From: Caballeronia zhejiangensis
GTDB taxonomy: Bacteria > Pseudomonadota > Gammaproteobacteria > Burkholderiales > Burkholderiaceae
Direction of reading: 5' to 3'
NCBI RefSeq assembly: GCF_000698575.1
Contig: NZ_JFHD01000037.1
Span: 42,592-66,591, forward strand
Length of the DNA stretch: 24,000 nt
Part shown: positions 1 to 8,369 of the stretch, piece after piece
Position numbering within the stretch: position 1 is the stretch's first letter
Layout: each line of letters starts with the position of its first letter
Position numbers and translations under genes: made by a program
The notes under the pieces: model-generated
What the model was told of the DNA's origin: nothing
Databases searched by the model: none
Seen by the model: the letters and a program-made list of their open reading frames with translations, nothing else

Positions 1-129
1 TTCGCATGGCGCGCGAAGAAGGCGTCTAAGGGTGCCCTTGATTTCCGTGCAATTTCCGGGTTAGAACGCTCTCGGCGTGGCGGGACTTTGCAGTCCGGCC
101 CCAAAAATATTACCCATCAAATCAAATAG

Positions 130-560
130 TTGCTGTTTGCCGGCCTGGAAGGGACCTATTCCAAACACGAGGGCGTGTTCAAGGTCTCCAACCGCGGAAT
201 GACGTGAAAATTCATGGCTAGCATGATGATGGGTGACACCGCCTTATTCCAGGACGAAGTCAATCCGGTGATGAGCGCTGCACTCGATGCCGGCCTCCAA
301 GTGACCGCATTTCACAAACACTTCTTTTTGATCAGCCAAAGGTGTTCTTCATGCATATCGGCGGTCACGGCGACGCCACCAAGCTCGCACAGGGCGTCAG
401 AAGGGTCTACGACCGAATCGCGGAGGTCCGATCCGCGCACGCTGGTCCCGAAAGCGTCTTTCCCAGTCTGATCGCCAATCCGGGCAGCATCAGCTCCGAG
501 CTGCTCGAAGTCAACCGGCCCGTCTGTCAGGCCGTGGAAGGCATCAAATTTACTCAATAA
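130..560 (+). pseudogene. Degraded DUF1259 (LppY/LpqO-like) domain gene remnant
   Basis: The frame starting at 130 reads LEGTYSKHEGVFKVSNRGMT, then an in-frame TGA at 205-207. It continues KFMASMMMGDTALFQDEVNPVMSAALDAGLQVTAFHKHFF. At the T-run 325-329 the family-like sequence continues in another frame as DQPKVFFMHIGGHGDATKLAQGVRRVYD (ORF 342..560). The segment normally found between the MG and the GD-hydrophobic-EDEV motif looks deleted. Family assignment is from memory of the DUF1259 consensus (GVyKvS...EVqpV...aiHNH...P...F.H.wG), not from a search. Confidence 0.55.
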
Positions 561-627
561 AAGCAAACAGTTCATCGGTTGTTGACGCCGGCCTCAGCGA
601 ATAGTCCCGATTCCCTGATCGCCCGCA

Positions 628-2646
628 TCATCGCGTGGACTCGGGTGGGACAAGTACAACGTCACGGACCACCCGATCGACAGTGGTCGAGCGCATGACA
701 GTCTGCCGCCGAAGACCGAGCAACGCGATGATGATCGATGGATCTACTACATTTTTTGTTTCCTCGATCGTGACTACGTGCGCCGGGCGATAAAGAGTCT
801 CCCGATACAGAGCACCGTACCACAGCGGCGCGCGGTCACTTGCGTCGCGAATGATGAAGTGTGAACGCCAAAGGCGTAGCACCAGACGGCTGCGCGATGA
901 GTCGGGATCGGTCCGCACGAGAGCAAGCTGCGAGGGTTCGCCCGCCGAGTATTTGGGCAGCACCGGCAACCGGTCGACTTGTGGCTGTGACAGCAACCAG
1001 CCGAGTGCCGAGCGCGCCGTCCAGGCGACAGCGGGCTGCCAGCCGGCCTGCTTTAGTGCGCTGATGATTGCATCATTGCTTGCCGCCCACTGTAGCGGTA
1101 ACGGTTCTTCCTCATCACCGCCGATTTCCATGCGCCGTGCCGGCAGTAGTTGCCAACCATTGTCGAGCCATTGCCCGATGGACAAACTCAGGGCAAGCCG
1201 CGCGATCGGTGAACCACTCGCCTTAACGGGTTGCGTGTGGCCGGAAATATACCCCGCTCCGGCAACCGCGAGCGTTCCGGTGATCAGCAGCGCCATCGCC
1301 TTGGGAGACACATCGTCGTCCACATGCCAGGAGGTGTAGGTGCCGGCAAACAGTGAAAGCCACGCGAGCCCGAGCGCCCAGCCGCCGAGAAGTCCGGAAA
1401 GCCAGGCCCGGCCGAGATAGAGATCGGCTATGGAGCCTATGACGATCCATAGCGCAACCGCCGTGGCGACGCCTGCACGCCAGCGCAAGGTTTGCTGGCG
1501 GCATAACAGCCAGCCGGCGAAGGCAAAGATCAGCAGACTGAACGCTGCGCGGCCGTCGGGCAGCGGGGTGTGAGGGGTACCGGGAATCCAGTCGACAGGC
1601 CGCGTGGACTTGAAATTGAACCCGAGAAACGGCGACAGCACGACCCCCACGCCAACCACGACAATCCACCAAACCGCGGACTTCCAGCTTCGCTTCCATA
1701 TCAGCCAAACAAGCACGACAGCTGAAACTGCGTAGACCACCGAGCGGTCATTCAACGCGGACAGACCGGTCATCAGCGAGTCGATCGGCGCGATGTGGAG
1801 TGACTGCAGGAAAGCGTAGAGCGCTGTGTCGGCCCGCATCAGTGGATCATTGGCGACTACGTCCTGCAGCACACCGCCAAAGAGCCACACGCTTCCGATA
1901 AAAAGCAGCACCAGCGCCGCCAACGTGGGGAACTCGGGCGAATCGAGATCGACGATCTTCCGCAACTGTGTTCCCAACCACGGAAGGCGGCGGGCCCAGT
2001 GCCGCGTCACTCGCGCCGCGACGCGTTTTGTCATCGGAAGGCCTCGCTCGACCATCAGCCTGACGAGACGCACGATGAGCCAGAGAAGCAGAGCCAAAAT
2101 AACGAAGATCGCGGCTAGGCGCGCGCTCACGGCTTCGGCCAGGGACGCGGATGCGCCGAACAGGATGCCCGGGGCGATATGCGTGGGCGCCCAGGCGAGC
2201 GCCGAGACCACATTGATCGGATAGAACTTCGCGCGAGCCATCCGGGCCGTGCCTACCACCAACGGCACGATCGCCCGCACCGGAGCGAAGAATCGGGCGA
2301 ACACGATGCTCTTGCCACCGTGCCGCGCGACGAACTGTTCGCCGCGTAACCAGGCGGCCTCATGGCCGTGCGATCGCGACCAGGCGCCGACCTGGGTGTG
2401 ATAACGCCGCCCCAGTTCGTAGCTCAGGCCGTCCCCGGCGATGGCGCCCAGCGTAGCCACGCCGATCGTGAGCCAGCCGTCCACCGCGCCGGCGCCGATC
2501 AGCGCGCCCGCGGCGAACATCACGACCCCGGCCGGCACGAACGTCCCTATCGCTGCAATCGACTCCGTGCATGCCGCAGCGAACACCACGGCGAGCACCA
2601 GATGCGGACGTTCACCGAACGACAAGAGCAATGCGTGGATGGACAT
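628..2646 (-). CDS. Fusion membrane protein: DedA/VTT domain + degenerate PAP2-like domain + LssY_C-like C-terminal domain
   Basis: 672-aa ORF with an ATG start, preceded by GGAGAG 6 nt upstream, and starting 13 bp after the RND stop. The N-terminus carries DedA hallmarks (GDGLSYELGRRY, ARFFAPVRAIVPLVVG). The middle region (aa ~270-435) has PAP2 topology and spacing but substituted motifs. The C-terminal ~180 aa (GQWLDNGWQLLPARR...LVLRLWRSHF...PLWYGALYRE) resembles the LssY C-terminal domain. Confidence 0.85.
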   Translation of the reverse strand: MSIHALLLSFGERPHLVLAVVFAAACTESIAAIGTFVPAGVVMFAAGALIGAGAVDGWLTIGVATLGAIAGDGLSYELGRRYHTQVGAWSRSHGHEAAWLRGEQFVARHGGKSIVFARFFAPVRAIVPLVVGTARMARAKFYPINVVSALAWAPTHIAPGILFGASASLAEAVSARLAAIFVILALLLWLIVRLVRLMVERGLPMTKRVAARVTRHWARRLPWLGTQLRKIVDLDSPEFPTLAALVLLFIGSVWLFGGVLQDVVANDPLMRADTALYAFLQSLHIAPIDSLMTGLSALNDRSVVYAVSAVVLVWLIWKRSWKSAVWWIVVVGVGVVLSPFLGFNFKSTRPVDWIPGTPHTPLPDGRAAFSLLIFAFAGWLLCRQQTLRWRAGVATAVALWIVIGSIADLYLGRAWLSGLLGGWALGLAWLSLFAGTYTSWHVDDDVSPKAMALLITGTLAVAGAGYISGHTQPVKASGSPIARLALSLSIGQWLDNGWQLLPARRMEIGGDEEEPLPLQWAASNDAIISALKQAGWQPAVAWTARSALGWLLSQPQVDRLPVLPKYSAGEPSQLALVRTDPDSSRSRLVLRLWRSHFIIRDASDRAPLWYGALYRETLYRPAHVVTIEETKNVVDPSIIIALLGLRRQTVMRSTTVDRVVRDVVLVPPESTR

Positions 2647-2659
2647 GGCCGCTCTCCGA

Positions 2660-5600
2660 TCAGGCAGCTGCAGGGCCGGGTTCGGTCAAGGCATCCCGCG
2701 CGAAGCGGCCGTAACGCAATGCCAGCGTCGGCAGCACGATCAGGTTCAGCGCCGTGGAGGTGATGAGCCCGCCCAGGATCACGATCGCCATCGGCCCCTC
2801 GATCTCATTGCCGGCCGCGCCGCTCGTCACTGCAAGCGGCAGCAGGGCCAGCGCGGTCACGAGCGCGGTCATCAGGATCGGCACGAGCCGCTCCGCCGCG
2901 CCGCGCACGGCCGTGTCAGCGTTCCACGGCAGTTTATCCACATGAACAAGGTGCTCGTAGTGGCTGATCAGCATGATCGAGTTGCGCAATGAAATGCCAA
3001 ACAGCGTGACAAAGCCCACCATGCTGCCAAGCGACAGGTTTGCGCCCGCGAGCACCACGCCCAGCACCCCACCCACGAGCGCAAAAGGCAGGTTGACCAA
3101 GACCAATAGCACGCCGCGGCTGTTCCTGAGTGCAAGGAAAAGCAGCAGCGCGATGCCGATGAGCGACATCGCGCCGTACACCAGCAGGTCATGCTGCGAC
3201 TGCGCGCGCGCCTCGCTTTCGCCGGCGAATACTGCGTAAGTCCCCGGGGGCATGTTGATCTCATGGTTCACACGTGCCTTGGCTTCCCTAACGAAGTCGC
3301 TGACCGGGCGGCTCCCGAGACCGACCGACACTGTCTGCATGCGCCGTCCGCCATCGCGGGTGATCTGATAGCGGCCAGAGATCTGGCGAATGGACGCAAG
3401 ATCGTGCAGCGGCACGGCAAGCCCGTCCGGGTTGCGCAGCATCAACGCGCCGACGCCATTGAGCGTAGCGCGTTCGCGAGGCGAGAGCACCGCCACGACG
3501 TCGTACGTGCGGCTACCCTGATAGATCTGTGAAACGGTGGCGCCCTGATAGGCGGACTGGATCGCATCGAGCACTTCCACTGGCCTGAAACCCCAACGGT
3601 TCAACTGGTCGAGCTTGAGCCTGACATCGAGTTCGGGAATGCCGGGGGGCGATTCCACCCGCACGCTTGCGGCGCCACGGATTGATCCAAGCACGTGGGC
3701 GATCTCCTGCGCCTTGCGATCAATCACATCGAGGTTGTCGCCGAATACGTTGACGACGACCGGCGCGGTCACGCCTGAAATGGTCTCGTCGATGCGCTCG
3801 ACCAGAAACGTGTTCACAGAGGTGGTGAGCCCGGGGAAACGCGCGAGCGCCTGCTGGATGCGATACAGCGCCCAGCTCTGAGCGGACGCGCTCATCGGCT
3901 TGAGATCGACCTCGAACTCGGAGAGCTGAACACCGACCGGGTCAACGACCTCGTTGGCGCGGCCCGCCCGCTGCGCGACAAGCCGCACGCCGGGCACCTG
4001 CATGAGGGCGTGGGAAACCTGCGTGCCAATGCGCATCGACTCCGCGAGTGACGTGCCGGGAGCCAGGCCCATGTGCACGATGTAATGTCCCTCGCGCAAC
4101 TCAGGAATGAAGTTGCCGCTCATGAACGGCACCGACACCAGTGCCGCCACGCACGTCAGTGTGACGACGATGACTACTGTCTTCACCCGTTGCTCGACTT
4201 TCAGCAACAGTGCGACGTAGCGAGCCTTCAGGCGGGCGATCATCCGTGGTTCGTGTTCCGGCAACGGGCCGCGCACGAGCAGGGCGAGTGCCATCGCGGG
4301 GGTAAGCGTCAGCGCCACGCAAAGCGAAGCGAGCACGGCGAGGATATAGGCGACGCCGAGTGGCGCAAACAGCTTGCCAGCGACGCCCGAAAGCGTCAGC
4401 ACGGGCAGAAAGATCAGCATCACGATGAAGGTGGCGAACACCACGGCGCTGCGGACTTCGAGCGACGCGCGCAGCACCACGCGAAACGCGGGCAGCGGCT
4501 TGGGCAGGCTGCGGTTTTCCCGTAGCCTGCGGTAGATGTTCTCGACATCGATGATCGAGTCGTCGACCACCTCGCCGAGTGCGATGGCAAGGCCGCCGAG
4601 CGTCATCGTGTTCAGGCTCACGCCCAGCGACGTCAGCACGATGATCGCAACGAGCAGCGAAAGCGGTATCGCCACAGCTGAGATGACGGCAGTGCGTGCG
4701 TTCAGCAGAAACAGGAACAGCACGACAATGACCAGCACCGCGCCGACGATCAACGCCATACGCAGGTGACTGACCGACGCATCGATAAAGTTGGCCGGGC
4801 GGAACACGTCTGCATTGACATCGACACCCTGTTTTTCGAGCACCGGCTGCAGGCTCGATAGTGTTTTCTCGATGCCCTTCGTGACGGCGAGCGTGTTGGT
4901 GCCGTACTGACTCTCCAGGACCAGCATCACGCCAGGCTGACCCATGATCGAGGCCGCGCCCACAGCGGGGGCGGGCGCCCACGTCACCGTCGCGACATCG
5001 CCGAGTCGAACGGCGGCGCCGTTGCTCCAGCGCAGCACGATAGCGGCAAGCTTGTCGGGTGTCGTGACCTGGCCGTCCGCGTTGATGGCGATGCGCTGGT
5101 TGTCGTTCTCGATAAACCCCGCGCCGCGCACCCCGGTGGATACGCGCGCCGCAGCCAACACGTCCTGCATCGTGAGGCCATAGCGCAATAGCTTTCCGGG
5201 ATCGACCTGGATCTGGAGCTGACGGGTTTGTCCGCCGAAGACGATGGCGTCCGCCACGCCGGGCACGCTGAGCAACTGCGGTCTGATCGTCCACTGCGCG
5301 ATGTCGTACAGCTCCAGCAGGGAATGCTTCTGCGAGGTCAGGCCGATCGTGCGCACGACACTGGTCGTGGTGGTGAGCGGCAGCAGCTTCGGCGGTAAGA
5401 CGCCAGCCGGCAGGCTTGCCGCCAGCGCGCTCACCCGCTCGGATACCAACTGGCGGATCTGCATCACGTTCGCATGTTCATCGAAGACCAGCGTGATGGC
5501 AGACAGGCCCTGCATCGACTTGGAGCGCATCGATTGCAGCCCGACCATGCCGCCCAGGGCGTTCTCGACAGGCTGTGTCACGAGTGTCTCGACTTGCTCG

Positions 5601-5773
5601 CTGGTGAGGCCCGGCGCTTCGGCCTGGACGATACTCATCGGCGGAGCGAACTCGGGAAACACATCGAGCTTCGCGCGGGTGAGCGAGTAAAGACCGTAGC
5701 CGGCCGTGATGAGGGCCAGCGCATAGATCACGCCGCGAAAGCGCAGCGAGAACCGGATGATTGCGTTGAGCAT
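2660..5773 (-). CDS. RND efflux permease, CusA/CzcA-family-like (substrate uncertain)
   Basis: 1037-aa ORF. The N-terminus MLNAIIRFSLRFRGV...DVFPEFAPPMSIVQAEAPGLTSEQVE is typical of CzcA/CusA-type pumps. It has 12-TM RND architecture, a TM4 motif LGGLAIALGEVVDDSIIDVEN, and sits last in an OMF-MFP-RND gene order. Confidence 0.93.
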   Translation of the reverse strand: MLNAIIRFSLRFRGVIYALALITAGYGLYSLTRAKLDVFPEFAPPMSIVQAEAPGLTSEQVETLVTQPVENALGGMVGLQSMRSKSMQGLSAITLVFDEHANVMQIRQLVSERVSALAASLPAGVLPPKLLPLTTTTSVVRTIGLTSQKHSLLELYDIAQWTIRPQLLSVPGVADAIVFGGQTRQLQIQVDPGKLLRYGLTMQDVLAAARVSTGVRGAGFIENDNQRIAINADGQVTTPDKLAAIVLRWSNGAAVRLGDVATVTWAPAPAVGAASIMGQPGVMLVLESQYGTNTLAVTKGIEKTLSSLQPVLEKQGVDVNADVFRPANFIDASVSHLRMALIVGAVLVIVVLFLFLLNARTAVISAVAIPLSLLVAIIVLTSLGVSLNTMTLGGLAIALGEVVDDSIIDVENIYRRLRENRSLPKPLPAFRVVLRASLEVRSAVVFATFIVMLIFLPVLTLSGVAGKLFAPLGVAYILAVLASLCVALTLTPAMALALLVRGPLPEHEPRMIARLKARYVALLLKVEQRVKTVVIVVTLTCVAALVSVPFMSGNFIPELREGHYIVHMGLAPGTSLAESMRIGTQVSHALMQVPGVRLVAQRAGRANEVVDPVGVQLSEFEVDLKPMSASAQSWALYRIQQALARFPGLTTSVNTFLVERIDETISGVTAPVVVNVFGDNLDVIDRKAQEIAHVLGSIRGAASVRVESPPGIPELDVRLKLDQLNRWGFRPVEVLDAIQSAYQGATVSQIYQGSRTYDVVAVLSPRERATLNGVGALMLRNPDGLAVPLHDLASIRQISGRYQITRDGGRRMQTVSVGLGSRPVSDFVREAKARVNHEINMPPGTYAVFAGESEARAQSQHDLLVYGAMSLIGIALLLFLALRNSRGVLLVLVNLPFALVGGVLGVVLAGANLSLGSMVGFVTLFGISLRNSIMLISHYEHLVHVDKLPWNADTAVRGAAERLVPILMTALVTALALLPLAVTSGAAGNEIEGPMAIVILGGLITSTALNLIVLPTLALRYGRFARDALTEPGPAAA

Positions 5774-5815
5774 GAGCGGTCTGTTGGATTCGTTTCTACC
5801 GGGCGAAACAACGGG

Positions 5816-6880
5816 TCAGTCATCGCATTCGGGCGGATCCTTGCAGGCCGTCGCGATCCCTTGAGGCTTCAGTTCCTCGGAAAGCAGCAACTGGGCGCCT
5901 TGCGTGACGACGCGGTCCCCGGTATGAAAGCCGGAATACACGAGAAAGCCCTGATCGCCCTCGTCGCCGGCGGAGACATAGCGGCGCGTGAAATGATCGG
6001 GTGCCGTCTGCACGTAAGCCCACGGCTGTCCGCCGTACCAAACGACGGCCGACTCGGGAACGACGAGCCTCTGTGAGGCCGGCGCCGGCATTGGCACATG
6101 CGCGCTGGTGCGGGTGCCGACAGGCAACGCTCGATCCGCTGCGTAAAACCAGGGACTGCCTTGTATCGACGGATCGGCCAGCGGCGACGCCGACAGCTTC
6201 GTCGCGGTGACATGCTCGCCGTCGGGAGCGTCCACCGTGATGCGCGCTGGCGCGTTACTCTGGAGCCCCGCGGGCAGCGTCACACGCAACACCGCCGTGC
6301 GGCCGGACAGCAACCGTTGAAACAGGTCGGATGTTGGCGCGATCGACGCTCGAGCGAGCGCATCACCGAACTGCTGGCGCAGCGTGGCTTCCAGCCCGCC
6401 GACTGCCGCGGTGGCCGATTGCAGCTTCGCCTGATCCGCCTGCATCCCTGCTCGCGCGTCCTGAAGGCTCTTCTGTGAGACGTTGCGATCATCCTCGTAC
6501 AGCACATTGCTGCGCTCATACTGCGTATGGGAATTACCGGCCTGAGCGGTGAGCGTATCGAGATCGGCGCGTGCGGCGGCCAGCCGGTTATGCAGATCGA
6601 AGAGCGGTTGAAGATCGACGACCGTCGCCCAGGCGTTGGCGTCAGGCTGCTTGGTAACGAGGGCGAGCGGGGCAACCTCGATGTGGCTTGCTTGCTGGAT
6701 CGCCTGGCTGACGGCTACCACTGTTTCGCCATTGACCGTCTGAACACCTGCCTGGGGCGCTGCTTGTGCGGTCGTGATTGTGGACGTTGGTTTGGGGTAA
6801 AGGTTTTGATAGATGTACCAGCACGCGCCGGCGGCCAGCGCGAGCGTGATGGCACAAAAGAAGAGCAGCCGGTATCTCAT
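5816..6880 (-). CDS. Putative periplasmic adaptor (membrane fusion protein) of the RND system
   Basis: 354-aa ORF between the OMF and RND genes, with a 4-bp ATGA overlap with the OMF gene. It has an N-terminal membrane anchor (LLFFCAITLALAAGACWYIY), a Q/A-rich coiled-coil segment, and a beta-rich C-terminus ending LLLSEELKPQGIATACKDPPECDD. The call rests on position and architecture; I did not recognise a strong family motif. Confidence 0.72.
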   Translation of the reverse strand: MRYRLLFFCAITLALAAGACWYIYQNLYPKPTSTITTAQAAPQAGVQTVNGETVVAVSQAIQQASHIEVAPLALVTKQPDANAWATVVDLQPLFDLHNRLAAARADLDTLTAQAGNSHTQYERSNVLYEDDRNVSQKSLQDARAGMQADQAKLQSATAAVGGLEATLRQQFGDALARASIAPTSDLFQRLLSGRTAVLRVTLPAGLQSNAPARITVDAPDGEHVTATKLSASPLADPSIQGSPWFYAADRALPVGTRTSAHVPMPAPASQRLVVPESAVVWYGGQPWAYVQTAPDHFTRRYVSAGDEGDQGFLVYSGFHTGDRVVTQGAQLLLSEELKPQGIATACKDPPECDD

Positions 6881-8268
6881 CGCCGTGGCTCCTGTTGGGT
6901 CAGTGATTCGTTCGCTGCCTCGGGCTCAAGGGGGCGCTGCATGGCATCCTCGAGCACACCGGCCGCCTTTTGGGCAGCGACGACGGCATCCAGGTGCGTC
7001 ATTTCGTTTGCCTCGAAGTCGGCCTTGGCCTGCGTGAGCGTCAGACGATCGATGTTGCCGGCGGCGAAACCTGCCAGCTGACTGTCCAGCTGACGCCGTG
7101 CGGTGGTGAGATGGCGTGCAGAGAGCTGCACGGCGTCAACGCTCGCCCGATAGTGGGCGAGGGCACGATCCAAATCACCGAGAATCGAATCCTGCAAGGC
7201 CGCCGTGCGTGCCGCGGCTTCGTTGCGCTTCGCCTCGGCCTGCGCGATGTTCCCCTGGTTCTGGTCGAAGATGGGAAGCGTGATGCCCGCAAGTCCGAAG
7301 CCGATTTTGTGCGTACCGGTGTCGTATGTATAGCCGGGTCCGAGATGGATATCGGGATACTGTTTGGCCACTTCGAGCTGAAGCGCCGACTCGGCCGCCG
7401 CGTATTCGGCCAGCGAGGCAAGCAGATCAGCACGATGGAAAATAGCGTCGCGTTGCGCGTCAGCGGCAGGCGGCGCTGACGGTGCCGTACCGAACTCGTC
7501 GAGGCTGAACTGGGCGCCGTCGAGCGCGGCCACCGGCACACCGATCGCCGACGCCAGTTGCGCAAGCGCATCCTGCTGCGCGCTTTGGGCCGCAGCCAGA
7601 TCAGCCCGCGCCTGTGTTGATGCGAGAACGGCCGCGTCGACGTCCGGTCCTGAGTTTTCGCCGACTGATCGGCGCTTGCTGACCATCCGAACGACCTGCT
7701 GCAGTGCTTCTGCCTTGCGCGACAGATCTACACCGCGCTCGCGCGCGGCGTACAGGGCGAGTAGCGCATCCCGAACTTGTCCGCGAACTCTCCATGCTTC
7801 GTTGCCTATTGAAAGGCGTGCGGCGTCCGACAGATGCGACGCCTGATCGACACGGTAGCCGCGCTTGCCCGCCGTCTCGATTGGAATATCAAGGGCAGGG
7901 CCCCAGATGAAGGGCGCGCCCGGACCAGGATTGGGCGTGGCGAACTGGAACGGCAACTGAAGGACCGGGTTCGGCATCGCGTCGGCAACCTGAATGCCGG
8001 CTTTCGCGGTGCCCCATTGAGCGCGTGCGACATCGAGCGCGGGACTGTAGTACCACGCTGCGAGTGTCAGCGTCCGTTCGTCCCATCGGGCGATCGGCCA
8101 TGGCTGGACGTCGTGACCGAGTGCCTTCGTGAGAAACGCGCGCAAGTCCTCGCTCGCGAGTGAGCGCTGCTCAAACTGTTGGGCCAGTTGATCAGGCGCG
8201 ATCGGCCGTGCGTGGTAGGACGCACAACCGGTGAGTAAGGTAAGGACAATCAGTATCGCGCGGCGCAT
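6877..8268 (-). CDS. Outer membrane factor lipoprotein (TolC/NodT family) of the RND efflux system
   Basis: ATG at 8268 gives MRRAILIVLTLLTGC with a lipobox (LTGC). The ORF track's longer start at 8280 is a TTG. Two TolC-like repeats with A/Q-rich coiled coils are present, and the position is the first structural gene of the efflux operon. Confidence 0.88.
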   Translation of the reverse strand: MRRAILIVLTLLTGCASYHARPIAPDQLAQQFEQRSLASEDLRAFLTKALGHDVQPWPIARWDERTLTLAAWYYSPALDVARAQWGTAKAGIQVADAMPNPVLQLPFQFATPNPGPGAPFIWGPALDIPIETAGKRGYRVDQASHLSDAARLSIGNEAWRVRGQVRDALLALYAARERGVDLSRKAEALQQVVRMVSKRRSVGENSGPDVDAAVLASTQARADLAAAQSAQQDALAQLASAIGVPVAALDGAQFSLDEFGTAPSAPPAADAQRDAIFHRADLLASLAEYAAAESALQLEVAKQYPDIHLGPGYTYDTGTHKIGFGLAGITLPIFDQNQGNIAQAEAKRNEAAARTAALQDSILGDLDRALAHYRASVDAVQLSARHLTTARRQLDSQLAGFAAGNIDRLTLTQAKADFEANEMTHLDAVVAAQKAAGVLEDAMQRPLEPEAANESLTQQEPRR

Positions 8269-8369
8269 TCCGGCATCCAAGGGTCTCCCGGCCGCCGGGG
8301 CGGACCGCTCATGACCCGGATGCTACGCACCCAGTTGTGAAATTTTCGTCAACAAGGTGGCTCTCAGTC

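Noticed and set aside
4101-5294. 397-aa ORF, together with many other 60-200-aa ORFs, overlapping or antisense to the RND, MFP, OMF, kinase and ATPase genes
   Set aside because: The translations are Arg/Ala/Pro/Gly-rich and low in complexity, as expected for off-frame reading of high-GC coding DNA. Each lies entirely within a gene that has a clear family identity, and none shows a recognisable motif.
8281-8369. Possible internal promoter (minus-strand TTGACG at 8352-8347) between the kinase and the OMF gene
   Set aside because: I could not find an acceptable -10 hexamer at 16-18 bp spacing, so it is kept only as a remark under the IS finding.
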